A stretch of DNA of 64,000 nt. It comes from a virus. Where the stretch lies: positions 5,004 through 69,003 of the IMG/VR virus record IMGVR_UViG_3300012988_000003. One strand, written 5' to 3'. Of the stretch, positions 29,884-39,843 are shown in pieces; position 1 is the stretch's first letter; every line of letters starts with the position of its first letter. A model generated the notes under the pieces. That model was not told the origin of the DNA. It worked only from the letters and a program-made list of their open reading frames with translations, and searched no databases. The position numbers and the translations under genes are program-made.

Positions 29884-30360
29884 ATGTCCGAAGAAGTAAA
29901 AGAAGTAAAACTTAAACCGCTGACCAAGAAGCAACTTCAATTTGTTTCCTTCTGGGAAGGGAACAATACCGACGCAGCACGCAAGGCAGGCTTGAAACAT
30001 CCGAACGTCGCCGGCGCGAAGATGATGAAATTCCCAGCGGTCAAGGCAGCAATCGAAGCCAAACAGAAAGCCATGGTCCAGTATTCCGGCGAGGAAGTGG
30101 CCAAGCGCGCGAAGGTCGGGCGTGGCGATGTCATCGAATGGCTCGCCAACGTAGCACGCACCAGCAAGAACGAATTCGCAGTAGTTTCAGCATGCGGTCA
30201 TCTTTCCGAGATATTCGGAATGAAAGTGAAGCAAATCCGTGACGTTACAGACCTCTTTGAAGGCTGGAACGACGAAGAGCTTGAGGCTTACTCCCGCACA
30301 GGAGAGTTACCTCAACGACTCAAATCTGGAAGCAAGGGCGAGAGCCCGGCTTCTATTTGA
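29884..30360 (+). CDS. terS: Terminase small subunit
   Basis: LTKKQLQFV..NNTDAARKAG..GAKMMKFPAVKAAI HTH typical of TerS. Confidence 0.85.
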   Translation: MSEEVKEVKLKPLTKKQLQFVSFWEGNNTDAARKAGLKHPNVAGAKMMKFPAVKAAIEAKQKAMVQYSGEEVAKRAKVGRGDVIEWLANVARTSKNEFAVVSACGHLSEIFGMKVKQIRDVTDLFEGWNDEELEAYSRTGELPQRLKSGSKGESPASI

Positions 30361-31027
30361 GCAGCGCCGTAAGCGCTTAGCTCGCCAGAAGCAATTAGAG
30401 TCTCAGGTTAATGCTGCAACCGCTCAGCCCTACACCTGGCTTACCGAATACACTCTAACCTTCAACGAGCACTGGCAAGAGGAAAACCGGCCCAACCCTT
30501 ACGAGCCTTTCCCGAAGCTGCCATATTTCCAGCCCCTCTTAGAAATATTCCAGAACGAACGAATAATCCTGATCGAGAAGTCCCGCGACATGATGATCTC
30601 GTGGGCCTGCGTCGGCTACCTGCTCTGGGAAGCCATGCGCACACCGGAGCGCGGCATCGTCCTGCAAACACTCAAAGAGGACAAAGTAGCGCAACTGGTC
30701 GAGTACGCGAAGTGTCTCTACCGCTGCCAGCCGGACTGGCTCAAAGAATATTTCCCGTTGGCCAAACCGCTAGAACGTCAGGGCGCACTCGAACTGGAAT
30801 TTAAGAATGGCGCCTATGTCGTCGGCCTGCCCGGTGGCGCGGACCAGGTTCGCTCCTATCACCCATGGGGCTATATGAATGACGAAAGCTCATTCCAGCC
30901 CGAAGCAGGAGAATGCTACAACGAAGCGCTGGCGGCCGTAAAAGGCAAGCTGATCTTTAACAGCTCGGCTGGTCCCGGCTGGTTTGCCGATTTCCGTCGT
31001 GACGTTGTTCGCAACGAAGAAGACTAA
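30281..31027 (+). CDS. terL: Terminase large subunit, N-terminal ATPase half (probable TTG start; frame open from 30239)
   Basis: IEKSRDMMISW (Walker A variant), YMNDESSF (Walker B), NSSA coupling motif. Confidence 0.8.
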   Translation: MRLTPAQESYLNDSNLEARARARLLFEQRRKRLARQKQLESQVNAATAQPYTWLTEYTLTFNEHWQEENRPNPYEPFPKLPYFQPLLEIFQNERIILIEKSRDMMISWACVGYLLWEAMRTPERGIVLQTLKEDKVAQLVEYAKCLYRCQPDWLKEYFPLAKPLERQGALELEFKNGAYVVGLPGGADQVRSYHPWGYMNDESSFQPEAGECYNEALAAVKGKLIFNSSAGPGWFADFRRDVVRNEED

Positions 31028-32172
31028 TGGACACCATCCAGACGCTAGAGAAAACCAAAACCGTACCGGCACAAACGCAGGTGGAACTCGTGCGCGGGAT
31101 GACCTTGCGCCGTACCAAGGGCGGCATCCCTGTCACGCGCATTCACTACTCGGCCAATCCAGAGCGGGATCCCGACTTGAACCCGGAGTGGAAGCGGTCA
31201 GAACGAGCTGCCTACAGCTCCGAAGCATCATGGCAGCGTGAACAGGAAATAGTTGACGAGGCTGGTGGTGGAGAGCTCGTATTTGCTGACACGCTCGTCT
31301 CCCACTGGAACAAGATTGTCATTACCGATCCAGCATGGCGGCCTGATCCATTCTGGCGCGTCGATGCTGGCTTCGACCATGGCAAGACAAATCCAACGGC
31401 ATTCGGTCGCTGCTACGTCGATTACGAAGGCGTGCAGTACTTCTGCGGCGAGTACTACCAACCCGGAAAGGAAATATGGGAGCATGCCCCGGTAATGAAG
31501 TCGATGGCCGACTACGACAAGATTGGCGATGCCTACGCCGACCCGACCATCTTCCCTCAGATCATGCAGCAGTCTCAGGGCAACGGGCCGGAGCGCGCAA
31601 AATCTGTCAATGATCTATATGTCGAGGCCGGAGTCTCCATCCTGCAGCCGTTTGCCGGTGATCGCTCGGACATCAGCTTCTCGGCACGCATGATGCTGCA
31701 CTGGTCGAACCTTGGGCCAGCCGACTACCTGCTAAAAAACAAGACACCGGAAGAGCGCAAGGAGATGCTGAAGGACTACCGCAAGCCAACAGTCCGAATC
31801 GTCTGCCGCAACTATTCCGACAAGCCGCAACCGGGGCTACATGACTGGGACTCGCCAAACCTGCTTTGGGAGTTGATGCGGACCAGGCGCGTGAAACTTT
31901 CAGCCCAGCAACTCCTGAGCCGGAATGCCGCTGAAGCGATTGTCGATAAAGACAACCACGCCAGAGATTACTGCAAATACACGACGATGAGCCACCCGGC
32001 GCCGTCGAAGAAAACTCCGGCACAGATTGCCGCAGAAGAAGTTAAAGGGCTTGACGCTACGAGTGCCATGGTGCGCTACCAACAGGTGCTCGAAAGAGAA
32101 GAAAGTAAATCAAGCACGGCCCCGGTAGCTTTAGGCCGGCGCGGGCTGATGAACGCAAGAAGGAACCGCTAG
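31027..32172 (+). CDS. terL: Terminase large subunit, C-terminal RNase H-like nuclease half
   Basis: AGFDHGKTNPTAF, YADP, DKDNHARD; TAATG-coupled to the ATPase half. Confidence 0.8.
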   Translation: MDTIQTLEKTKTVPAQTQVELVRGMTLRRTKGGIPVTRIHYSANPERDPDLNPEWKRSERAAYSSEASWQREQEIVDEAGGGELVFADTLVSHWNKIVITDPAWRPDPFWRVDAGFDHGKTNPTAFGRCYVDYEGVQYFCGEYYQPGKEIWEHAPVMKSMADYDKIGDAYADPTIFPQIMQQSQGNGPERAKSVNDLYVEAGVSILQPFAGDRSDISFSARMMLHWSNLGPADYLLKNKTPEERKEMLKDYRKPTVRIVCRNYSDKPQPGLHDWDSPNLLWELMRTRRVKLSAQQLLSRNAAEAIVDKDNHARDYCKYTTMSHPAPSKKTPAQIAAEEVKGLDATSAMVRYQQVLEREESKSSTAPVALGRRGLMNARRNR

Positions 32173-32360
32173 ACTCCAAATAATTTGATTCTCGCGCTGT
32201 GTGCTGATGTCGCTGATCCATGCCAGTTCATGCAACCGCTTCCGGGTTCAGCATCGCAATATGGGCATCTCACGTCTAAAGGCGTGTTAGTCGGCTTGCG
32301 CACAACAATGAAATCACTCGCGCTCATTTCCGCCTCTCCCCCTGCGCGTCCCCGGCCCAA
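32169..32360 (-). CDS. Small Zn-finger protein (CPYCDAEPGSGC...HSAR)
   Basis: Common phage Cys/His motif; last gene of the leftward operon. Confidence 0.5.
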   Translation of the reverse strand: MGRGRAGGEAEMSASDFIVVRKPTNTPLDVRCPYCDAEPGSGCMNWHGSATSAHSARIKLFGV

Positions 32361-32484
32361 TCCTTACCACACACAAAACAATGCTTTTTCTCGCACGCAA
32401 CTGCGGAACCTATCATCGCGCCGATCCAACCGACTGCCAATATGCAAGCCAAAACAAACAGACCACAAAGAATAATTTCGATCA

Positions 32485-33135
32485 TTATTTCTTCTCCGTT
32501 GGCGCGTCCCCGGTAGGTGGAGCGGGGAATGTTCCTGAAAATTCATACGTGTACGGTTTGCCATAATTCAGGCGTGCATCTGCCAATGCTGAGCGGCTAT
32601 CAATCTGCCCACGTTCAACCCAATCATCTGCCACCTTCGCCATTTGATCAGCAGCACGTAGCTTTAAGAGCAATTCCAATCTGTCTGTCCACCCTTGCCC
32701 GTTCTGCGGCCCAGCCAGCGCGCGCACATCCGCCACCTTGAAATGCGCCCACTTCGTTCCATTCTGTTCACAGATAGCGAGTTGACGCTGTAAGTCTGTT
32801 TCGTTTGGCGGCTTCGGCGTTCCTTGCGCTGGAGAGGGGGCGGAACATAAATCCGTTCCATCTGCGTGTTTAACGCCAGCTGTATACTCGATAGTTGTTT
32901 TGTGGCACATCGGACAGTTGTGTTCTGGGCAGTGCTTTGGTGCTCCTGCACTGGCCTTACAGCCGCATGGATACCAAACTTCGGCGGATTGACTCATGGC
33001 CTTGCGGAATGCAGCTTCCTCGGAATTTCCTTGAGACTCACGATTGGGACATGGGCCAGAATAGCCGTGATATTTGAACATTTCCTCGCCCTCTGGCATT
33101 GGAAGTCCGCACAATTCACAGTTGCTTTCACTCAT
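32485..33135 (-). CDS. Hypothetical Cys-rich protein
   Basis: GGAG RBS; CELCG...HGYSGPCP module. Confidence 0.55.
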   Translation of the reverse strand: MSESNCELCGLPMPEGEEMFKYHGYSGPCPNRESQGNSEEAAFRKAMSQSAEVWYPCGCKASAGAPKHCPEHNCPMCHKTTIEYTAGVKHADGTDLCSAPSPAQGTPKPPNETDLQRQLAICEQNGTKWAHFKVADVRALAGPQNGQGWTDRLELLLKLRAADQMAKVADDWVERGQIDSRSALADARLNYGKPYTYEFSGTFPAPPTGDAPTEKK

Positions 33136-33616
33136 AATGAACTCCTTTCGATTCTCGGATCAGGCCCACCACGAGCGATAAAGTCTGACCACGCGCCAAC
33201 CGCCAAAAACTCCTCAGGCGTAAGACGCTTAAAATTCTTGCGGCAAGCCAAACGAAATAGCTCCATAAAGGTCATCTCTTCTCCTCCGGCCCCGGCTGAG
33301 CGGGTGCTCCGGGTAAGTGCTTGCGAAGCGTTCTAGAAATTACTTCTGCTCCAAGGATGGCTTGCCCAGCAATTCTTCGTTTGTAAGTTCCGTCATCTTC
33401 TTTTCCATTACCCCATTCCCCCAGCGTCAGAAAAGTTAGTTCCTTTTCGCGTTTCTATACGGGCATTCAAATTCGCATTCTTCTGAACCTGCTTTCCCGC
33501 AGTTGCCCTGTCGATCCATGCCGCAATCGAATAGGCGTTCATCGTCAAGCATGTCTTCGATATCGGGATCGTCAAGATCGTCAATCATTGTTTTCCTCTC
33601 TCCTCCTCTTTGCCGT

Positions 33617-33823
33617 TCACGCTGCTGCATCTTTTTCAGTCCACGGCGATTCACCATGCAGCCACTCCTGATTGCCGGTTCTTGGATTTAGGCGAACTAC
33701 GTTTTTGCCGCATTTAGAGCAGCTTCCGACTAACACGCCATCGGATAGAGACATATCAACCTGCGCACGTTTGCAGCACTTCACATGCTCATTCTTCTTC
33801 ACTAAGCACAATCTATTTTCCAT
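33617..33823 (-). CDS. Small Cys-rich hypothetical protein
   Basis: GGGG RBS; CSKCG. Confidence 0.5.
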   Translation of the reverse strand: MENRLCLVKKNEHVKCCKRAQVDMSLSDGVLVGSCSKCGKNVVRLNPRTGNQEWLHGESPWTEKDAAA

Positions 33824-33833
33824 CGTTCCCCCT

Positions 33834-34229
33834 TTACCGTTCGCCTAGAGCGCGGATCTGCCACGCCATGCAAGGAGCCGATAGATTTGAACTCGACTTC
33901 AGGCGATGCTCCCAGCCGTCATCAATAAACTCCGCTGGCTTCCATTTATCGCTATCGCTGCCGCACATGAAGCACACCGCCCTCGCGCACTCTTCTCTTG
34001 CTTCCTTTATGGCTGAGGAACGTTCGGATTCGGCAAAGACTGCCAACATCCTACAAATGCAGCCAATCGTTATCCCGATCGCGTGGTCATCTGGCATCGT
34101 GCTAGGCTCCGCCAGAAGCCTCTCGTTCGCCAGATAGAGAGCTTGCTTGTTGAGCCACTCCCGCGCCTTCGCTGTCCCCTCGTCCTCTGGTTTGGAATCT
34201 GGGCCTGATGTCTGATTGGGTTTCAACAT
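33834..34229 (-). CDS. Hypothetical protein
   Basis: AAGGAA RBS; AREECARAVC phage motif. Confidence 0.55.
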   Translation of the reverse strand: MLKPNQTSGPDSKPEDEGTAKAREWLNKQALYLANERLLAEPSTMPDDHAIGITIGCICRMLAVFAESERSSAIKEAREECARAVCFMCGSDSDKWKPAEFIDDGWEHRLKSSSNLSAPCMAWQIRALGER

Positions 34230-34334
34230 TTTTAAATTCCTTTTTCTCGCTACAGGTTCCTGCTGTGTGGTTTGCTGTATGACGGGGCCCTACCCAGCAA
34301 TCAGCCATGCTCCGTGGCTACTGCGCGAGTGCTT

Positions 34335-35429
34335 TTAAAACAGCTTCAATCCAGCCAGCGCCAGGAACCGCGATTCCATTTCAGTCCGTTCATCCCAGTC
34401 ATTCCAGGTGCAAATCTGTACCGCCTCACACTTCTTTCCCGATGCGGCCGCTTTATTGATTTCGTCGATGCACATCTGCCACTGCCCGTAAGGAATCTTT
34501 CTGGCCGGCGCGGTCTTGTCCCAGATTGAATGCGCTGGATCGTTCGGGTTGTGGTCGTCAAAGCCGTCGAAGATGCACGGGATCTGGATAGCGTCTTTTT
34601 TGCCGAGATAGAATTCGATGTACTGCTGTGGGCTGCTCGGTGCGAAGCCGTTGACCCAGCCGTAACTACCGGCGCAGTTCGCTGCGACTGAAGTCTGATT
34701 GAGTACGGTCAGGTCAGTATTGTTTTTCGCAAAGGCCGACACGTCCATCTTCGCGTTTGCCCAGCCGAATTCCCACAGCACCGGCTTACCGGCAATCTTC
34801 GTGTAGTTCGCCAGCGGTAGATACTTCTGGCGAATATAGGCCAGCGCGGAGTTGAGGACCGAGATGTGGTCGCCTGTCGCCCATTTGAACGTGCCGGCGT
34901 CAACCATGATGGAAAATTCCATTCCAAGGGGAGCAGTCGCAGCAGCAAGCAACTGAGTGAATCTGTCGGTCGGTTTGGCGAAGTCTGCCGCCTGTGGGCC
35001 GTACCAGTCCACTACGAAGCCATCTATTCCGACCGCATGGGCCGCGAGCACCTGGTTGTGCACCGTGCGGGGATCGTCTGACTGGCACACGTTGGCCATG
35101 TGTTTTGATCCGTCGGCGCCATTGAACCAGCCCTGACAGTTAGCCAGCAGTTTTATTCCCGGTGGTAGTTGAGATTTTATGTTGAAGCTCAGCGGGCGTG
35201 CCGCAAGCTGAGACTGAAGCGCGAGGACTTTTGCAGCCAGCGATTGATCATCTGCGGTAACGAGCTTGAGTTTGCCCTGCAGGTCTGCGATTTGTGCCTT
35301 ATCCAGAAGCCCCTGGTCGGTGCAGGCCTGTAGTTGGCCGTTGAGGGAATCGATGGCAGAGTTATTTTCGTCTAGAGTGGTGTCGAGTTGTGTTGCTGCG
35401 TCAATGATCGTCTGTGACTGCGTATTCAT
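34335..35429 (-). CDS. Glycoside hydrolase (GH99/GH71-like TIM barrel) with N-terminal coiled coil
   Basis: GIDGFVVDWYG, YTKIAGKPVL, ICTWNDWDERTEME motifs. Confidence 0.7.
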   Translation of the reverse strand: MNTQSQTIIDAATQLDTTLDENNSAIDSLNGQLQACTDQGLLDKAQIADLQGKLKLVTADDQSLAAKVLALQSQLAARPLSFNIKSQLPPGIKLLANCQGWFNGADGSKHMANVCQSDDPRTVHNQVLAAHAVGIDGFVVDWYGPQAADFAKPTDRFTQLLAAATAPLGMEFSIMVDAGTFKWATGDHISVLNSALAYIRQKYLPLANYTKIAGKPVLWEFGWANAKMDVSAFAKNNTDLTVLNQTSVAANCAGSYGWVNGFAPSSPQQYIEFYLGKKDAIQIPCIFDGFDDHNPNDPAHSIWDKTAPARKIPYGQWQMCIDEINKAAASGKKCEAVQICTWNDWDERTEMESRFLALAGLKLF

Positions 35430-35498
35430 AGAATGGTTTCCTTTTCTTTTAAACGTTCCTGTTCCAAGAGAACTTGATTCTGGGTCCCTACCCCGTCG

Positions 35499-35966
35499 TT
35501 ATTCGGGTGTGGATGTCTTTCGGGTGTCGATGCTAGCCAGTAATGCGACGAACGCATTTAACCCCTCTTGTGTGTCGATGTGATATGAGCCAACTGCAAA
35601 GCCGTGGCAATACTCAATCGGTGAAGGACATCCGCAATGGCCTTCCACGCGAACCTGCGTTCCCCATTTTTGATGGAATTCTTCGGCCATGTTTGGCGGG
35701 ATGCCTGGGCCTTCGGCAGCGTAGTAATACCATCTGCGCTCAAATTTCCATCCGTGAGAAATAGCGCTCAGGTCTGTCGGCACTTCGCCAGTTGCGCGAA
35801 TACGGAAGCGGTGAATTTCTATACCTGCCTCAGTCAACTCTTTCTCTATTTGAATATTTACATCAGGGTTTTCTTCAACCGAGCCACGCTTACGGGCGAG
35901 ATTGGGAAACACGTGCGCCTCTGGATTAGTTCGCTGCGCTATTCCGTTCGATGGATTCAGTGACAT
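35499..35966 (-). CDS. Hypothetical phage protein
   Basis: GAGG RBS; WKFERRWYYY...YHIDTQEGLNAF. Confidence 0.6.
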   Translation of the reverse strand: MSLNPSNGIAQRTNPEAHVFPNLARKRGSVEENPDVNIQIEKELTEAGIEIHRFRIRATGEVPTDLSAISHGWKFERRWYYYAAEGPGIPPNMAEEFHQKWGTQVRVEGHCGCPSPIEYCHGFAVGSYHIDTQEGLNAFVALLASIDTRKTSTPE

Positions 35967-36185
35967 TACTTTCCTCTTTTCCTCATGCTGCTTTCTCCTT
36001 CGCCTGTAACTGTTTTGCCCTTGCCTTCAAACACAATCTACTTCCCTGGTGGATCTTCAGATTCGCCCGCCACAAGCCACACAGAGGACACGGCAAGATC
36101 GGCAACCGCGCAGTACGTTCACGGGGCGCGCTTCTCAGCGAGCGAGTGAAGTAATACCGATTGCCGATTCTTCCGTAGGATGAAC

Positions 36186-36656
36186 TCATGCTGCTGTGGC
36201 CTGTGTTACTTCCGGTGGTGGCTCGATCTGTCCATCTCCTGCCACTGCTGTTTCCGGTGCCAATTCAACAGGCGTTTCCGCGAACGGCAAAATCTCTTGC
36301 AGTTCGTTGAAAGTCATCGCCTGAACCTTGACGACCTCTCCGGTGTCGAGCCGCATGATGGTTTTCTGTGCCGGTAATGGCTCGTGGTACAGAACTTTGC
36401 ACTCGATGTTCCTGTACTCGTACCCGCTGTTGAACTTTCGTGCGAGTGAACTGGTATCAGCCCGAAGGCTGGCTATGCGTTCGCCGAACTGGGCGACGAC
36501 CGCTTTCTTGGACTCTTCGGCCTCGGTCATTTCTGAAGTCTTGCGCGCCAACTCGGTTGCGAACTCGTTTAGCTCTTCACCGCTGAACACGTACTTCAGA
36601 AACTCTTTTACGATTGCACTGCGGTTTCCGTTTGTGTTGCCGTTTGTCTCAGACAT
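36186..36656 (-). CDS. Hypothetical coiled-coil protein
   Basis: GAGG RBS, operon packing. Confidence 0.65.
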   Translation of the reverse strand: MSETNGNTNGNRSAIVKEFLKYVFSGEELNEFATELARKTSEMTEAEESKKAVVAQFGERIASLRADTSSLARKFNSGYEYRNIECKVLYHEPLPAQKTIMRLDTGEVVKVQAMTFNELQEILPFAETPVELAPETAVAGDGQIEPPPEVTQATAA

Positions 36657-36677
36657 GTTAGTTTCCTCTCTCGGTTT

Positions 36678-37220
36678 TTAATTACTTTCTGCTTCTGGAA
36701 TGCGAACTACTGCGCGCACCGGCGGTATACCGGGCTGCTGCGCATGTAGCTTGGCTCTCATCCTTCCGGCTTCCTTGATGGCCGCTACCGCCTTTACCAG
36801 CCTGTTGTGGACGTTGGCCGCGCAGAGTGGGTACCTGATGCCAAGATTGCGCAGGAAGGCCAGTAGAAGCTCAAAGCTTTCCGGCACCATCTCGCCCTTA
36901 AGGTCGTTGCACTCAGAACAGATGTCGTCCAGGTTGTCGAACCCTGCTGTGCCGCCCTTGCCGGTTGGTATCTTGTGGTCGATGACGGCAACCATCAACG
37001 TGATCCAGCGCGAGCAATAGTGGCACTGGTATGGTTTGTCAGGTGAGCCACGACGGGCCAGCAGCCACCGCTCAAGATCAGCGGCCTTGAACGGAACCAC
37101 GATGCCATGTTTGCGGATTCGTCCTTCGTTGCGGCCAGACTTGAATCGCTTCTCGCCGAGCCGCCGTACCATGTCGTTATGGGTTTTCAGCACTCGCTTG
37201 TGAAATTCGCTCACCGCCAT
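36678..37220 (-). CDS. HNH endonuclease
   Basis: CHYC...DHKIP..GG...NL..CSECN..KG. Confidence 0.8.
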   Translation of the reverse strand: MAVSEFHKRVLKTHNDMVRRLGEKRFKSGRNEGRIRKHGIVVPFKAADLERWLLARRGSPDKPYQCHYCSRWITLMVAVIDHKIPTGKGGTAGFDNLDDICSECNDLKGEMVPESFELLLAFLRNLGIRYPLCAANVHNRLVKAVAAIKEAGRMRAKLHAQQPGIPPVRAVVRIPEAESN

Positions 37221-37510
37221 CAGGCCACCATCTCTTTCAGCCGGGCCAGCCGGTAAAGTTTTTCTGACGCGGCCACCAGGAGATCAACTTGTGCTTTCTT
37301 TTGCGGCTTGGCGCGCCGGCGGAACTGGACTTCGGCACCGATCGAGCGTTTGGCCCGTGTGACCATGTTGCGGTGAATGCCCAAGTCTCTGGCTGCCAGA
37401 CCTACCGAGCCGCCATTTCTCTGCAGTGCTTCGGCAATCAGCCGGTTCCGGTATGCACTCACCAGTGTGTGATAGAGCGAACTTCCTGATTCTCTGGTAG
37501 ATTGATTCAT
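37220..37510 (-). CDS. Fis-like HTH DNA-binding protein
   Basis: LIAEALQRNGGSVGLAARDLGIHRN. Confidence 0.8.
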   Translation of the reverse strand: MNQSTRESGSSLYHTLVSAYRNRLIAEALQRNGGSVGLAARDLGIHRNMVTRAKRSIGAEVQFRRRAKPQKKAQVDLLVAASEKLYRLARLKEMVA

Positions 37511-37568
37511 ATATTTCCTTTCTCAACTCCGGAGCGCGGCTGCTAAAACAGTTTCGCGCTCTGATTCT

Positions 37569-37781
37569 TTAAGCGGCCTGATTCACAAGCGCGGCCCATT
37601 CTTCGTTGCTGCACATCTCGTCGTTGCGAACACGTAGACTCCGGTATCCCGTTTCGCATTTCGGGCTGTTACTGCGGTGATCGTCTTCAAGCTTGTAAAA
37701 CACTTCGAACACTCCAGCGTGTTCCGGAATCTCGACCGCGCCGGAGTACCGGCAATCAGGGCAAAAGTATTGCTGGATCAT
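37569..37781 (-). CDS. Small hypothetical protein
   Basis: GGAG RBS; CPDC. Confidence 0.5.
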   Translation of the reverse strand: MIQQYFCPDCRYSGAVEIPEHAGVFEVFYKLEDDHRSNSPKCETGYRSLRVRNDEMCSNEEWAALVNQAA

Positions 37782-37798
37782 TTCGTTTTCTCTCCAGT

Positions 37799-38476
37799 TC
37801 AGGCGACGGAATCTTGCACGTCGCGCACCGCGTTCTCGCGCGCATTCACGATCTCGGTAAACTTGTCCACGTTGCCGCCGACGTCCGGATGATGTTTCTT
37901 GGCCAGTTCGCGAAAGGCGCGGTCAATCATGAGCGCGTTGACGCGCTCTTCCTCGGTGAACCCAAACACCGACCGCCACGACTGAGAGGCCCGCTCCGGT
38001 AGCGCAGCAAACCCCAGAAAGGCACGCTGTAGAATCTCAGCACCGCCGTGGCGCTCAATAGCGCGCATTGCTTCCAGTGTGGCGCCCAGCGCGGCCAGGT
38101 TGTCGGCTACGCGGTCATACCGGTCAATCGCCATGGAGCGCATAGGTTCCTTCCCGCTGCGCCAGTAGATTGCCGCGCCCGGGTCATCAGGTTCGCGATC
38201 GCCTGACCGTGGAAGTCCATCCAGTCGCGTGCGGATGTTGGTTGAGATAATCACGTCCTGCCGATCAACGCCCATTGCGCTCAACTCGCGGAGTACGCGC
38301 TCAACACCATCGGCCACGGAAAGGTCACGAGTTTTGTTCCATCTCGGGCGCACACCGTTTGTGTCGGGCGTTCCGTACTGAGTCTCTTTCTTGTTGAACT
38401 GCGCCCGCTTGCGGTTGTTGACCGCTGTACGCTTCCAGCCTTCAGGCCACGACAGCGGATATGCTTGTTTGCTCAC
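37799..38476 (-). CDS. J-domain (DnaJ-like) phage protein
   Basis: YPLSWPEGWKRT N-terminus; FRELAKKHHPDVGG J-domain. Confidence 0.85.
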   Translation of the reverse strand: MSKQAYPLSWPEGWKRTAVNNRKRAQFNKKETQYGTPDTNGVRPRWNKTRDLSVADGVERVLRELSAMGVDRQDVIISTNIRTRLDGLPRSGDREPDDPGAAIYWRSGKEPMRSMAIDRYDRVADNLAALGATLEAMRAIERHGGAEILQRAFLGFAALPERASQSWRSVFGFTEEERVNALMIDRAFRELAKKHHPDVGGNVDKFTEIVNARENAVRDVQDSVA

Positions 38477-39138
38477 GGTCTCTCCTCGGTGTGAAACTTC
38501 TCGGCTAACTTCAGCGCTTCGGCTTTCTTCTGGTCAATCTCGGCATCGGATGGCGCATAGGTCGAATAGATCGAACCGGGAAACGGCTTGGCCAATTTTT
38601 CTGGCGTAGCTTCCGGTACGTCCTTCGCTGCCGTTTTCAGGACATCGGCCAGTGTTTTGCGGTCATCAACCGCCGGCATGAGTTGTGGTCTGGATTCAAT
38701 CTTTGGCCGTGGCGCCCAGCAAACGCACTTCTTGACTCGGTTGCACTCGCGCTCAAAGCCAGTACCAGAGCACCGCTGGCACATAGGATCTGGTGACCGC
38801 TCGACGTTTGCGACTCGCAACTGCTCTGCTGCCGAATCGCGGTTTGCCAGGATGCGAACAATCACATCTGGCCGCTTGGGAAAACCAGTCCATCCACCGG
38901 GCTGCTCAATCTGTACTTCCCCGAACGCGCGGATGATCTCGCGGACTGAGAATTTCTCTGGCAGGTCCAATAGGCCCAGGTATAATTCCCGGCGCTCCCC
39001 GCTCAAGTTCTGGTCGTAATCCGCTTCCGCCGCCCTCAGAAACACCACCAGTTCCATTTCGCTTGCGGAGTGTGTCCGCCCATCCGGCATCTCGCTGCCG
39101 TTCGCGCTGGTCGGCTTTATTAATCTGTCCGTTGCCAT
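38473..39138 (-). CDS. Putative helicase loader/replication accessory protein with Zn finger
   Basis: Follows the initiator; FPKRPDV and CQRCSGTG...CVC. Confidence 0.5.
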   Translation of the reverse strand: MATDRLIKPTSANGSEMPDGRTHSASEMELVVFLRAAEADYDQNLSGERRELYLGLLDLPEKFSVREIIRAFGEVQIEQPGGWTGFPKRPDVIVRILANRDSAAEQLRVANVERSPDPMCQRCSGTGFERECNRVKKCVCWAPRPKIESRPQLMPAVDDRKTLADVLKTAAKDVPEATPEKLAKPFPGSIYSTYAPSDAEIDQKKAEALKLAEKFHTEERP

Positions 39139-39832
39139 TTCCGTTTAATCCTTTCGGTCCTGCAACCCACTCCAAAATGTGCCCAGCCCACAAATAAAAC
39201 GGCTCTTCATGCTTCACACCTGGACTGCGCGCGCGGTTCGCCACACACTGATAAAACTCTTCAGCCGTCATAGCTTTGTGGCGTTTTAGAAGGTTTTTTA
39301 ATTGGCTTCCGCCGGGATCACCGAACCACAATTCGAACCGCAGTTTCTCCCCAAACTTTTTCCAGTACCGGTGCAGGACTTCCAAGAAGGGCTGATACCT
39401 GGGATCGATCACTTTTTTGCCGCGAGTTTTACGAGCGGAAGGTTTAGATCTTTCTTTATCTATATCTTCTTCTTTATCTATATCTTTATCTGTAAAATCA
39501 AGTTGTTGATTCGAAAGGAGTAAAAAACCGCGTACTGTCAGCGTACTTACCGCGTGACGTACGTGTGGCCTATCCGTACGGCCTATGTGCAGTGCGCGTG
39601 CAACGTACATGGGGTCGTTTGGTATGTTCTTTCCGAACTTGCCGCGTAGTCTCCGGCATCCATCCAAGATGTACCGCTGGAACACTGTAAGGGCCATATA
39701 TCCGTCATCTGATTCCTTGTCGGTCCAATCCTTCACCCATGGCGACGAGCCTCCGCGAACCCTACCCTTGTCGTCGGACTGGTATTTATCCCAGTTTTTG
39801 ATCGCCAAAAATTTGAATTCCTGATCAGCCAA
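38906..39832 (-). CDS. Replication initiator / replisome organiser
   Basis: IKNWDKYQ motif; DKDIDKEEDIDKE linker; internal DNA repeats. Confidence 0.65.
   Translation of the reverse strand: MADQEFKFLAIKNWDKYQSDDKGRVRGGSSPWVKDWTDKESDDGYMALTVFQRYILDGCRRLRGKFGKNIPNDPMYVARALHIGRTDRPHVRHAVSTLTVRGFLLLSNQQLDFTDKDIDKEEDIDKERSKPSARKTRGKKVIDPRYQPFLEVLHRYWKKFGEKLRFELWFGDPGGSQLKNLLKRHKAMTAEEFYQCVANRARSPGVKHEEPFYLWAGHILEWVAGPKGLNGNGNGQINKADQRERQRDAGWADTLRKRNGTGGVSEGGGSGLRPELERGAPGIIPGPIGPAREILSPRDHPRVRGSTD
39453..39608. repeat. Iteron-like repeats inside the initiator gene (probable origin)
   Basis: TCTTTATCT(A/G)TA x3 (39453, 39471, 39483) next to a cluster of CGTAC motifs. Confidence 0.45.
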
Positions 39833-39843
39833 TGATCACCCTT

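Noticed and set aside
31020-31035. Intron, intein or stop-codon recoding explaining the split TerL
   Set aside because: The halves are in different frames with a TAATG overlap and no intervening element; other genes read normally in code 11 and there is no suppressor tRNA
23058-33700. NPRTG motif shared by the giant protein (twice) and ORF 33617..33823
   Set aside because: Common beta-hairpin turn motif; the match to the unrelated early protein is probably chance
38906-39138. 233-bp overlap of the initiator and the next gene as a programmed frameshift
   Set aside because: The downstream gene has its own ATG and upstream purine tract; such overlaps are common in phage replication modules and no slippery site is evident
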